Source: Dehalococcoidia bacterium (GTDB lineage: Bacteria > Chloroflexota > Dehalococcoidia > Plut-88900). From it: 64,000 nucleotides of DNA. The stretch spans positions 1,600,001-1,664,000 of the forward strand of contig OZ240219.1 of the NCBI GenBank assembly GCA_965197645.1, given 5' to 3'. Under the pieces are notes generated by a model. That model was not told the origin of the DNA and searched no databases. It was given only the letters and a program-made list of their open reading frames with translations. The position numbers and the translations under genes are program-made. This document shows, piece by piece, positions 19,423 through 28,522 of the stretch; positions within the stretch are counted from its first letter, which is position 1, and each line of letters begins with the position of its first letter.

Positions 19423-20271
19423 ATGAAAATCGGCGCCCACGTTTCCACGGCAGGCGGCATTCCTAAAGCCATCCCCAACGGAGAGGCGATAGGTGCGGAA
19501 GCCCTCCAGATATTCGGGTCGCCGCCCCAGAGCTGGAGGTACAAAGAGCACTCGGAAGAGAAAATCGCCGCATTCAAAGAGTCGACCAAGGCGGCCGGCA
19601 TGGGGCCGGTGTTCCTGCACGGGGTCTACCTGATAAACCTGGGCACCGATAAAGAGGAGAACATCGGCAAGGCCATCGACTCCCTGGTCTCCCACATGAC
19701 CCTGGCCTCCAGCATAGGCGCCGGCGGGGTCATCTTCCACATGGGCAGCCACAAGGGCCGGGGCTTCGATGCCGTCCTGCCCCAGGTGGTTGCGTCCATG
19801 AACTCGGTGTTAGAGAACACCCCGGAGGACTCCTGGCTGATCATCGAAAACGCGGCCGGCATGGGGAACCACATCGGCGCCGGCTTTGCCGAGATCGGCA
19901 CCGTCATGCGGGAGCTTGACAACGATAGGGTGAAGGTATGCCTGGACACCCAGCACTCCTACGCCGCCGGCTACGATCTGGCCGACAAGGACGGGATCGA
20001 GAAGGCGATGTCCGAGTTCGATGAGGAGATCGGCATCGACAAGCTGGTCGCGGTGCACGCTAACGACTCCAAGATCCCCCTGGGCGGTGGGGTCGATCGA
20101 CACGAGAACATCGGCGAGGGCCACATCGGCAAGGAGGGGTTCCAGGTCATCATGTGTCATCCCGCCTTCCGGGACGTTCCCTTCCTCCTGGAGGTCCCCG
20201 GGTTCGAGCGCAAGGGGCCGGACAGGCAGAACATAGACCTTCTCCACTCCATCTTCGATAGCTGTGGATAG
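19423..20271 (+). CDS. nfo: Endonuclease IV (AP endonuclease)
   Basis: 'IGAHVS', 'HGVYLINL', 'FHMGSH', 'IENAAG', 'CLDTQH', 'HANDS' and 'DRHENIGEG'. Start at ATG 19423 after AGGAG. Confidence 0.95.
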   Translation: MKIGAHVSTAGGIPKAIPNGEAIGAEALQIFGSPPQSWRYKEHSEEKIAAFKESTKAAGMGPVFLHGVYLINLGTDKEENIGKAIDSLVSHMTLASSIGAGGVIFHMGSHKGRGFDAVLPQVVASMNSVLENTPEDSWLIIENAAGMGNHIGAGFAEIGTVMRELDNDRVKVCLDTQHSYAAGYDLADKDGIEKAMSEFDEEIGIDKLVAVHANDSKIPLGGGVDRHENIGEGHIGKEGFQVIMCHPAFRDVPFLLEVPGFERKGPDRQNIDLLHSIFDSCG

Positions 20272-20281
20272 CCCCTAGGCG

Positions 20282-20328
20282 CTACTACATGTAGTGCTTC
20301 TGCCGTAGCTTTTTACAACATGTAGTAT
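20282..20328 (+). promoter_or_regulatory. Tandem NrdR-box-like palindromes
   Basis: ctACTACATGTAGTgc (core 20284-20295) and ttACAACATGTAGTat (core 20315-20326), 31 bp apart. Both fit acaCwAtATaTwGtg. Confidence 0.7.
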
Positions 20329-20341
20329 CGTCCTGTATAAT
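20312..20341 (+). promoter_or_regulatory. Promoter of the TolB-like gene, probably leaderless
   Basis: TTTACA-N18-TATAAT. The ATG follows after a 6-nt gap, with no SD. Confidence 0.65.
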
Positions 20342-20347
20342 CCTCTC

Positions 20348-21364
20348 ATGTCATCGCGGTCGGTGCCGGGCCTAACCGTCGTCTTGCTGGCAGCCCTCCT
20401 GCTGATGTTGGTGGCCTGCAACAGGAGGGGAGACACCGGCGGCACCCTCGTCTACACCTCGGAGACCGATGGTAGCCGAGATATCTACGTCACATCCGTC
20501 GGCGGCGACCCGGTCCAATTGACCTCCAACTTGGCCGATGATCATTCGCCCGTGCTGTCCCCCAACGGTAAGTGGATCGCCTTCGTCTCCAGTCGCAAAG
20601 ACAATGACGATATCTTCATAGTGGAGACAACCGGTAAAGAGTTGACGGCGATTACCGATACCCCGGGGGACGAGTCTTCGCCCGTATGGTCCGCCGACGG
20701 CGACATGCTGGCCTATCTCTCCCAGTCGTCCGACGGCACCACTCACATCGTCGTTGCCAACGTAGACGATCCGGACCCCCGGCGCCTTACCAACGAGCAG
20801 ACCAATGAAGGCTCGCCCTCCATCTCGCCCGACGGCCAGTGGATCGCCTACACCGTCATGGACGCCGAGGGGACGCCCCAGGGCATCAACCTGCGGAACC
20901 TGGGTGGGGTGAACCAGATACGGCTCACCAACGGGCCCGATACCCGGCCCAACTGGTCGCGGGAAGGGTTCAGCATCGTCTTCGAGTCCACCCGTGACGG
21001 AGACAGCGACATCTACGTCGTCGAGCTGGACGAGGACCTCAACCCCGGCCAGCCCCGGCGGCTTACAAACGATCCGGCCGCCGACCACTCACCCGCCTGG
21101 TCTCCAAGAGGGGACTGGATAGCCTTCATCTCCGAGCGAGACGACAATCCCGAGGTCTACATCATCAGCATAGACGGCACCCTGGAGAAACGGCTCACCC
21201 GCAATGAGGCCGCAGAGTCCGGCATCGCTTGGTCGGAGAAAGGGCGGTTGGCCTTTGTCTCCGACCTGCATGGCAACACCGATATCTACGTGATGGACTC
21301 CGATGGCGCCCACCAGCAGCAGGTGACCCTCGGCCTGGAGAACGACGCTCAACCCGACTGGTAA
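20348..21364 (+). CDS. TolB-like (PD40/WD40-like) beta-propeller lipoprotein
   Basis: Lipobox 'LVAC'. Repeated 'P.WSPDG..IAF.S.R...DIY' units. Confidence 0.9.
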   Translation: MSSRSVPGLTVVLLAALLLMLVACNRRGDTGGTLVYTSETDGSRDIYVTSVGGDPVQLTSNLADDHSPVLSPNGKWIAFVSSRKDNDDIFIVETTGKELTAITDTPGDESSPVWSADGDMLAYLSQSSDGTTHIVVANVDDPDPRRLTNEQTNEGSPSISPDGQWIAYTVMDAEGTPQGINLRNLGGVNQIRLTNGPDTRPNWSREGFSIVFESTRDGDSDIYVVELDEDLNPGQPRRLTNDPAADHSPAWSPRGDWIAFISERDDNPEVYIISIDGTLEKRLTRNEAAESGIAWSEKGRLAFVSDLHGNTDIYVMDSDGAHQQQVTLGLENDAQPDW

Positions 21365-21379
21365 CCGTCGGAACTCCCC

Positions 21380-21441
21380 TTGACCGACCCTGCTCATAAG
21401 CTTATACTTCATTTCGTACCCATACCCAGGGGGTATGGGTA
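21380..21441 (+). promoter_or_regulatory. Copper operon promoter with CsoR operator
   Basis: TTGACC-N17-TATACT (21380-21408), then the perfect inverted repeat TACCCATACCC-AGG-GGGTATGGGTA (21417-21441). The G/C-tract operator is typical of CsoR. Confidence 0.85.
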
Positions 21442-21456
21442 TTTTGAAAGGTTGCT

Positions 21457-21723
21457 ATGAAGCAAGAGACCAAGGGCGAGAGCCTCAAGCGGCTGAACTA
21501 CATAGATGGACACCTAGAGGGCATCCGCAAGATGGTCCAGCAGGACAAGTATTGCGTCGACATCCTCAAGCAGACGTATGCCGTTCGCCGGGCCATCGAA
21601 AAACTGGAAGCGCTGATGCTGGAGGGCCACATGCACACCTGTGTCCTGGAGGGCATCAGGGACGGCCGGGAGGACCAGATAGTCGGCGAACTGCTGGAGC
21701 TCTACAAGGTCGCCAACAAGTAG
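21457..21723 (+). CDS. csoR: CsoR-family copper-sensing repressor
   Basis: 'RLNYIDGHLEGI..MV....YCVDILKQ...EGHMHTCV' with Cys-His-Cys ligands. Confidence 0.92.
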   Translation: MKQETKGESLKRLNYIDGHLEGIRKMVQQDKYCVDILKQTYAVRRAIEKLEALMLEGHMHTCVLEGIRDGREDQIVGELLELYKVANK

Positions 21724-21790
21724 CCGTCGCCTTCCTCGCCTCTTCGAAGGACGGGCGGATAGGAATCACCGGTGTGCGGGAGAATCAACT

Positions 21791-21994
21791 ATGGGCATCC
21801 TAGACCTGTTTCGCAGAAAGCCTGAGCTCGCCAGGGACCCCGTTTGTCATATGGAAGTGGATAAGGCCAAGGCCCGGGCTACCAGCAGCTATGAAGGCGA
21901 GACCTACTACTTCTGTGCCCCAGGCTGTAAGAACATGTTCGACGAGGACCCGGCCAAGCACATCGGCTCCGAAACGCCGGCTGTCGAGATGTAG
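21791..21994 (+). CDS. YHS/TRASH metal-binding domain protein (copper chaperone candidate)
   Basis: 'DPVCHMEV...YEGETYYFCAPGC...F..DP'. Confidence 0.9.
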   Translation: MGILDLFRRKPELARDPVCHMEVDKAKARATSSYEGETYYFCAPGCKNMFDEDPAKHIGSETPAVEM

Positions 21995-22041
21995 ACCCGG
22001 ACCCGCCGACCCGGCTGCTCTAGCTCCGGGGACGATGGAAA

Positions 22042-24417
22042 ATGATCGACGAGATCGCAATAGGGATAAGCGCTGTCGTACTGTCCGTATCCCTTCTCTG
22101 GTTCTTCTTTGGGAAGAGGGAGGCCGTCGAGTCTCCTCCCGTAAGTATAGCGTCCCACGAAGAGCCCTCAATAGAGGGGGCGCCCGTGGAGAGCCTTGCC
22201 AGCTGCACCCTTTCCATTCAGGGCATGACCTGCGCCGCCTGTGTCATGGCCATCGAGAGGGCGTTGATGCGGGCCCAAGGCGTTCAATCGGCCGCTGTCA
22301 ACCTCGCCACCGAGCGGGCCACCGTCGCCTACGATCCCGAGCTGGCAGCGGAAAGCGAGATGATCGAGGCGGTACGGGCCGTGGGATACGGGGCCAAGGC
22401 GGCATCGTCCATCGAGGAGGCCAGCGCCGAGCAGGACCGGGAGCGGGCTCGGCACCTGCGTCTGCTCAGCCTCAAAGTAGCCCTGGGCGCCCCGATAGCC
22501 GTGTTCCTGTTCATCGGCGCCAGCGGTGACCTCTTTGGCTGGGACCCGGGCTTCTTTAGCAATCACTACCTCCATTTCGGGCTAGCGGCGCCGGTCCAGT
22601 TCTGGATAGGCCGGCAGTTCCTCACGGCGGCCTGGACGACCTTTCTTCACCGCTCGGCGGACATGAACACCCTAATCGCCGTCGGGACCCTCTCCGCGTT
22701 TATATTCAGTACGGTTGTAACCTTTGCCGGCGACTTGCTGCCTGAGTCCATCGAGGGGGCGGTCTATTTCGACACCGCCGCTATCATCATCACCCTGGTC
22801 CTCCTTGGCCGGCTTCTCGAGGCCAGGGCCAAGAGCCGCACCTCCGATGCAATCAAGAAGCTCATGGGTCTGCGGGCCAAAACCGCCCGGGTGGTAAGGG
22901 ACGGTCGGGAAGAGGACATACCCCAGGAGCAGGTGCGTGTGGGGGACATCGTCATAGTTCGGCCCGGCGAGAAGGTACCCGCAGACGGCGAGGTCCTGGA
23001 GGGCGCGTCCGCCCTGGACGAATCCATGGTCACGGGCGAGAGCATCCCCGTCGACAAAGGCCCCGGCCAGCAGGTCATCGGCTCGACCATCAACACCACG
23101 GGGTCCTTCCGGTTCAGAGCCACCAAGGTCGGATCGGACACGGTCCTGGCCCAGATAGTCAAGCTGGTGCAGGACGCGCAGGGCTCCAAGGCGCCGATAC
23201 AACGAACGGCCGACCAGATCTCCGGCTACTTCGTTCCGGCGGTTGTGCTGATAGCCATGGGGACTTTCGCCGGCTGGTACCTGCTCGGTCCGGCCCCCCA
23301 GCTCACACACGCGTTCATCAGTCTGGTAGCAGTGCTCATCATCGCCTGTCCCTGCGCCCTCGGCCTCGCCACCCCCACGTCGATCATGGTGGGTACCGGC
23401 AAGGGGGCGGAGAACGGCATCCTGGTCCGCAGCGCCGAGGCCCTGGAGACGGCCCACAGACTCGATACCATCATCTTCGATAAGACGGGCACTCTTACCA
23501 AGGGGCAACCCTCGCTGACCGATGTCGTTCCCGGACCGGGCTTCACCGAGAAGCAGGTGCTCTCCCTGGTAGCCTCCGCCGAGCGAGGCTCGGAGCACCC
23601 GTTGGGCCAGGCAATCATCCACGGCGCCCGGCAGCGAGGCCTTGAGCTGGAAGAACCCGTAGACTTCGAAGCGGTGCCCGGTCGCGGCATCCGGGTGCAG
23701 GTCAATGGACACCGGGTTGCCGTGGGCAACCGGGAGCTGATGGACGCTTCCGGCGCATCGCTGGACGGTCTAGGCGATCAGGCCCTCGCCATGGCCAATC
23801 AGGGTAAGACCCCCATGTACGTAGCCGTCGACGGCGAGCCCGCGGGTGTCGTAGCCGTGGCCGATATCTTGAAGGAGGAGTCAGTGGCGGCGGTGAAGGC
23901 CCTTCAGGAGATGGGCATCGAGGTAGCGATGATGACGGGTGACAACCGTCGGACCGCGGAAGCCATAGCACGGCAGGCGGGTATCGACCGGGTGCTGGCC
24001 GAGGTGCTTCCCCAGGACAAGGCCTCGGAGGTGAGCAAGCTTCAGGCGGAGGGCAGATCGGTTGGGATGGTGGGGGACGGCATCAACGATGCTCCGGCCC
24101 TCGCTCGAGCGGACGTCGGTATTGCCGTGGGCACCGGCACGGATGTCGCCATGGAAGCCGCCGACATCACCCTCATCGGCTCCAGCCTGGAGGGCGTGGT
24201 AACGGCGGTCAAGCTGAGCAAGGCCACCATGAGGAACATCAAGCAGAACCTGTTCTGGGCCTTCTTCTACAACACGGCCGGCATCCCGATAGCGGCCGGC
24301 GTCCTGTTCCCATTCATCGGGCTGCTGCTTAATCCGGGCATCGCCGCCGCGGCCATGGCCTTTAGCTCCGTCTCGGTCGTGTCCAACGCTCTGCGCCTGC
24401 GGCGGTTCAGAGGGTAA
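22042..24417 (+). CDS. copA: Copper-exporting P1B-1 ATPase
   Basis: HMA 'GMTCAAC', 'TGES', CPC '[13 protein letters not shown]', 'DKTGT', 'SEHP', 'GDGINDAP', 'YN' and 'MAFSS'. Confidence 0.95.
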   Translation: MIDEIAIGISAVVLSVSLLWFFFGKREAVESPPVSIASHEEPSIEGAPVESLASCTLSIQGMTCAACVMAIERALMRAQGVQSAAVNLATERATVAYDPELAAESEMIEAVRAVGYGAKAASSIEEASAEQDRERARHLRLLSLKVALGAPIAVFLFIGASGDLFGWDPGFFSNHYLHFGLAAPVQFWIGRQFLTAAWTTFLHRSADMNTLIAVGTLSAFIFSTVVTFAGDLLPESIEGAVYFDTAAIIITLVLLGRLLEARAKSRTSDAIKKLMGLRAKTARVVRDGREEDIPQEQVRVGDIVIVRPGEKVPADGEVLEGASALDESMVTGESIPVDKGPGQQVIGSTINTTGSFRFRATKVGSDTVLAQIVKLVQDAQGSKAPIQRTADQISGYFVPAVVLIAMGTFAGWYLLGPAPQLTHAFISLVAVLIIACPCALGLATPTSIMVGTGKGAENGILVRSAEALETAHRLDTIIFDKTGTLTKGQPSLTDVVPGPGFTEKQVLSLVASAERGSEHPLGQAIIHGARQRGLELEEPVDFEAVPGRGIRVQVNGHRVAVGNRELMDASGASLDGLGDQALAMANQGKTPMYVAVDGEPAGVVAVADILKEESVAAVKALQEMGIEVAMMTGDNRRTAEAIARQAGIDRVLAEVLPQDKASEVSKLQAEGRSVGMVGDGINDAPALARADVGIAVGTGTDVAMEAADITLIGSSLEGVVTAVKLSKATMRNIKQNLFWAFFYNTAGIPIAAGVLFPFIGLLLNPGIAAAAMAFSSVSVVSNALRLRRFRG

Positions 24418-24498
24418 GGCCGGCATCGTTCGGCGTCCTGTCGTCCCCTTCAATTCGGATGTTTCGCACGTCCGCGTCGGTTGGAAGTGCGCGTTTGT

Positions 24499-24927
24499 TC
24501 AGAAGGCGGTAGCCTCCACTTTAAGGCTGCACCCCACCGCTCGGAGCGCATTTTCGACCTGACTCATGTGGGAGCGGTGGTCCGGGTTGGTCAGCTTGCG
24601 TACGGCGGACTCGCTAACGCCCAGCCTGTCGGCCAGCTCCACGTTGGTGATGCGCCGCTCTCTCATGACCGTGTACAGGGCGAGCTCGGCAGCCACGACG
24701 GTCGGGATCGGCACCAACACCTGGCCATCAACCGACTCGCTGGGAATCGGGATGTCCCGCTTCTCATGGACGTACCCGGCTAGCGCAGTACCAAGTGCGT
24801 CTTCCGCTATTGCCAGAGCCTGGGAACGGTCTTTTCCGTCGGTGATGGCCTCCGGCACGTTGGGGAAGGTGACGACTAGTCGTCCACCTTCATCGGGGGT
24901 CGGTCGACAAGGGTATGCGTAGATCAT
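24499..24927 (-). CDS. hicB: HicB-family antitoxin with C-terminal HTH
   Basis: 'VVTFPNVPEAITDG...ALAIAEDAL...IPIPS' plus an HTH 'ELADRLGVSESAVRKL'. Confidence 0.9.
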   Translation of the reverse strand: MIYAYPCRPTPDEGGRLVVTFPNVPEAITDGKDRSQALAIAEDALGTALAGYVHEKRDIPIPSESVDGQVLVPIPTVVAAELALYTVMRERRITNVELADRLGVSESAVRKLTNPDHRSHMSQVENALRAVGCSLKVEATAF

Positions 24928-24930
24928 GGC

Positions 24931-25137
24931 TCAGCGCTCCTTGCGATCGATGTTCAACGGACGCAGCGTCGCGACTAACACGCCCTTTGTCAACTCGCAC
25001 CGTTGCACTGTCGTGAACCGAGAACCGACGTGGACTCTGTCGTGACTGCCCTTGCCGTGAGCCTAATCGAAACGGAAGCTTAGTCCCGTTTTGCGAGCAT
25101 AGTCCTTTGCTCTCCTAATGAACTCACGGCTGGTCAT
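24931..25137 (-). pseudogene. hicA: HicA-family mRNA interferase toxin interrupted by an in-frame TAG
   Basis: Hand translation gives MTSREFIRRAKDYARKTGLSFRFD*AHGKGSHDRVHVGSRFTTVQRCELTKGVLVATLRPLNIDRKER*, with the stop at 25063-25065 and the HicA GSH motif. Directly upstream of hicB; absent from the ORF track. Confidence 0.85.
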
Positions 25138-25212
25138 ACAGTCATTACCGCACCTTTATAAGCGAATTCCAATCGGGCGCCGGACCGAGGAGAGGCGGCG
25201 TCCGATGCAGTG

Positions 25213-26688
25213 CTAGCCGAGGAAGCGGCGGAGGTGGGCCGCCTCTTCGATGAAGTGGGAGATATGCCTGGTCTTGTTTTCTTGGCTGATGCTGGCCCAG
25301 ATGGCGCTGGTCAGGCCCTCGTGGACCTGGTCAAGCTCGTCCGTAAACTGGTCCAGGAGTGCCAGGTAAGGTTCGCCGAGCAACTCCTTGACGCGCCGTT
25401 CATTGGCGAAGCGCAAGGCGGCGCGCAGGTCTTCACCCAGGCTGGGGTAGACCTCCTTCACAAATGCAAGGTCGCTCTCGCTCAGGGAGGCAAGGCCCAG
25501 CAGCTCCGGCGGAACGCCTATGGAGTACAGAGAAGCTGTGAATCCTATTGCCCGAGGAAGCGTCACACCGCCAACCCCGCCCAGAGAGCGGCCGTAGCCG
25601 AAGAGGCCCACGTGGAGTTTACGCTCGCGGCGTCTTGGAACGTGTCCCGATACGGCCCTGATGGCACCGGTCAATTTCTGCACGTTCGCCTGATACTCGG
25701 CCGTTGTCTTGTCTATGATCTCGCGGGCCCGCTTCTCCTCGATGGGTACGGGCTCGGCCCGCTCGTGAGCGAGAATCTGCTCGATGCCCTTGCGCACGAC
25801 ATCCGTGTCGTAGTCGTACTTGAAGGCCGACTGGACGGTGAAGGTCTGGGCGGTAGGGTACTCGATCAGGGCGCGCTCGACATTGAGCGGGGTAAGATGG
25901 CCTCGAAAGGGTACCGAGCCGGCGCCAATGATGGGGTAGAGGAGCAGTCCCAGCTTCTTTTCGAGATTGTGCAAGCGCAGCAACCCCACTTTCAGTACCA
26001 GCTCTGCGCCTACTATCCCGTAGTTCAGGGCCGGGTCACTTCTCGCAAAGAATACACGCTGGTGCGGCAGGTCCCTGTCTCGCACGTACTCTTCCACAAT
26101 CCGGTCGCAGTGGAGCAGGCTGTCCATGTCTTCGATGAGGGGGATGACCCTCACCCGTTTCGGGAGAAACTCACCTACCCAGTCCTTGACGGACTGACCG
26201 TGTACGAGCGTCTGGTCTTCCTGGCCCACTATCACCTTCTGGTAGTAGGCCTCCACCAGGGAGAGCTCTTGCGCAGACGTGGTGAACGGAAGGATGACCT
26301 CCTGTATGGGAGCGGCGTGTTCGTCGCCGTAGAAACCTCGTGCCATGTCCCAGGCGGAGGGCACGCTCTGCAGGGCCTCGACCATCGACTTGCGCATATC
26401 GTGCTCTATCTGCGGATTGGGCACGCGCAACGTCAGGGCTATGTCCCGCCCGAGGTGATATTGATTCCGGAAGAAGTCGGGGTAGCTGGTGAGGAGCTTC
26501 CGCACGACCTGTGTGTCGGCCGCCTTGCCTTCCGAGTCCCACATCTGCTCATCGCAGCCCAGGGCGTACACACTTGCGGCCTCATCCACCTCACCGTCTC
26601 CCTTCAACACTCCTGCATCGTCGGCAAAGGGGGCCCGCATGGCGTTATCCGGGTGTTGGGTGCTCATTACTTTAGGAATCAAGTACAT
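25213..26688 (-). CDS. ppcA: Archaeal-type phosphoenolpyruvate carboxylase (PEPcase_2)
   Basis: 491 aa with 'IPKVMSTQHPDNA', 'EQMWDSEGK', 'RVFFARSDPALNYG', 'PFRGHL', 'TVQSAF' and 'LPRAIGFTASLYSIGVPPE'. Confidence 0.93.
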   Translation of the reverse strand: MYLIPKVMSTQHPDNAMRAPFADDAGVLKGDGEVDEAASVYALGCDEQMWDSEGKAADTQVVRKLLTSYPDFFRNQYHLGRDIALTLRVPNPQIEHDMRKSMVEALQSVPSAWDMARGFYGDEHAAPIQEVILPFTTSAQELSLVEAYYQKVIVGQEDQTLVHGQSVKDWVGEFLPKRVRVIPLIEDMDSLLHCDRIVEEYVRDRDLPHQRVFFARSDPALNYGIVGAELVLKVGLLRLHNLEKKLGLLLYPIIGAGSVPFRGHLTPLNVERALIEYPTAQTFTVQSAFKYDYDTDVVRKGIEQILAHERAEPVPIEEKRAREIIDKTTAEYQANVQKLTGAIRAVSGHVPRRRERKLHVGLFGYGRSLGGVGGVTLPRAIGFTASLYSIGVPPELLGLASLSESDLAFVKEVYPSLGEDLRAALRFANERRVKELLGEPYLALLDQFTDELDQVHEGLTSAIWASISQENKTRHISHFIEEAAHLRRFLG

Positions 26689-26776
26689 AGCGGTTCTCCC
26701 ATCGAGCTACTTGAACGGATGAGTCCATAGTACATTTCGTATGGCGTTTGACCGTAAAGGGTCGATCATGTTCAGC

Positions 26777-27577
26777 TCAGCAATCGACACGTTGGAAGTG
26801 GGGAGAGCTGCCGCTTCCCCATGGGGAGTTCAAGAATGCCCGGATACGAGCTTCCAGACGATCAGAGTGTGAAGGGTTGGGCAACACGAAGTAGATGCGC
26901 GACGAGCGGCGTCGGTAGCGGAGCGCTATGGGCCTTGCGCTGGGCAAGCAACATTTCAGCTCTTCGGCTCGACCTCTTACCTGCTCTGCCACGCCTGCTC
27001 CCCGGCCATTGTACGAGCGCCCGATGTGGTGGTAGACGATCAAACTCTGTCCGGTGTCCCAGCAGCGCTGGAGATCATCGTAGTAGACGTACTTGGCTCC
27101 CTTCCGCCTGTGGCGGCTTTGGCTGGGGACCTGGAGACCGTTATCGGGATCGACGAAGACTATCTCAGTAGCTTTGACCCGCTCAATCCCGGCGCTCAAC
27201 CAGCGAGTCCGCTTCTCACACCGCTCCCCAATCGGTGTCGTATCAAAGTTCAGGCCATCGTTGAAAAAGACCGTGTCCGCAGGAAGGATACCTTTGGCCT
27301 CGACGGCCGCTATCGACCGCTCATTGTTCACGAGATCGAGCATCATGCAAAACAGTTCGGGATCGCAATCCCGAAGGCGGCGTTCATGGCTAGAGGCACA
27401 GCATGTGAGGTATTGGATGTGCTTACCGTCGTTAGGAGCGGCTAAATCGTTGCCGTCGAACCGATACCATAGCACTCCGAGACGGAGCGCCGGGCCGTGC
27501 TCGTCCTCAGGGCATAGGCGACGTAGCAGACCGTACTTTCCGAAGTCGCCGACGTCTCCCACGTATCGATCCTGCAC
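26777..27577 (-). CDS. Conserved hypothetical protein, possible Rossmann-fold methyltransferase
   Basis: N-terminal 'QDRYVGDVGDFGKYGLLR' and internal 'IVFVDPDNGL'. Confidence 0.6.
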   Translation of the reverse strand: MQDRYVGDVGDFGKYGLLRRLCPEDEHGPALRLGVLWYRFDGNDLAAPNDGKHIQYLTCCASSHERRLRDCDPELFCMMLDLVNNERSIAAVEAKGILPADTVFFNDGLNFDTTPIGERCEKRTRWLSAGIERVKATEIVFVDPDNGLQVPSQSRHRRKGAKYVYYDDLQRCWDTGQSLIVYHHIGRSYNGRGAGVAEQVRGRAEELKCCLPSARPIALRYRRRSSRIYFVLPNPSHSDRLEARIRAFLNSPWGSGSSPHFQRVDC

Positions 27578-27615
27578 CTAGAGTACCTCCCTGGCTATTC
27601 TATCCTGGACAGATC

Positions 27616-28518
27616 TTACGAGACTTGGAGCCTGTGAGCAGTACGCGGATCCCGCGTCACAGCCCGCACTCTTACCTCCACGTCCATGCGAGCCTCCTCA
27701 CCCCCTGCAAAGACCCCCCGAATCGGGGCTACGTCCTGATAATCTCGCCCTATTGCCACCTTGATGTGCAGCTGGCCGGCCAGACACCGGTTCGTAGGAT
27801 CGAAGCCGATCCAGCCCAGATCGGGGAGGCGGCACTCCACCCAGGCATGCATGGCCTCTTGTGGCACCTCTTCGCCATCCTGATCGACCATGTAGATGTA
27901 GCCCGAAACGTAGCGCGCCGGGACGTGCCAGGAACGAGCGATGGCGATCATCACGTGGGCATAGTCCTGGCAGACCCCCTGCCTCGATTCCAGGATCTGC
28001 TCTATGGGGGAACTCGCTGATGAGCTGCCCGGAACGTACTGAAAACTGTTGAAGAGAGTGTCGGAAAGTCGCAGCAGCGACTCCAAGGGATCGTCTCCCG
28101 CCTTGATACCCAGCTCGTCGACGAAGGCGGTCAGGGCGTCTGAGGGTTGAGCGAAGGCGCTGGCATGGGTGAACTCCCAGTAATCGAAGGAGTCCTTCCA
28201 CGAGCGCACCTCCTCCCAGGCGTCGGCGCCCAGTGAGTCCGGCAGCAAAGCGGCCGGGCCACGCTCCACCTGCGCCCGCGTGGTGATCTCCAGGGTTTCG
28301 TGCTCTCGATGTATGTTGAGGACCTGCTTCGTGTTGCCGAACCAGTCCATCTCGCTGTTCACCGGCGCCGCGGGCTTCGTAGCCACGTCGAAACTCAGAA
28401 GCCGTTGATCATCGTCATCCCGGGGCCTCAGGCAAATGGACGATACGGAGCGCCTTACCGGTGAAGAGTACACGTAACGAGAGAAATGCTCGATTTCGTA
28501 GAGGGCCGGATCGCCCAT
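27616..28518 (-). CDS. Transglutaminase-like protein with Bact_transglu_N domain
   Basis: 'YEIEHFSRYVYS', triad 'GVCQDYAH...HAWVE...GFDPTN' and 'GRDY.DV.P'. Confidence 0.93.
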   Translation of the reverse strand: MGDPALYEIEHFSRYVYSSPVRRSVSSICLRPRDDDDQRLLSFDVATKPAAPVNSEMDWFGNTKQVLNIHREHETLEITTRAQVERGPAALLPDSLGADAWEEVRSWKDSFDYWEFTHASAFAQPSDALTAFVDELGIKAGDDPLESLLRLSDTLFNSFQYVPGSSSASSPIEQILESRQGVCQDYAHVMIAIARSWHVPARYVSGYIYMVDQDGEEVPQEAMHAWVECRLPDLGWIGFDPTNRCLAGQLHIKVAIGRDYQDVAPIRGVFAGGEEARMDVEVRVRAVTRDPRTAHRLQVS

Positions 28519-28522
28519 AGAG

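Noticed and set aside
25063-25065. Pyrrolysine or alternative-code read-through of the hicA TAG
   Set aside because: TAG terminates many normal genes here (e.g. rpsO, rpmG, rplA) and no pyl genes are in the window.
25210-26730. Long antisense ORFs (506 aa here; also 50801-52378, 48408-49808, 15221-16396, 36386-37561, 61157-62176)
   Set aside because: Each lies opposite a well-conserved gene and has no recognisable motifs. These are expected shadow ORFs in GC-rich DNA.
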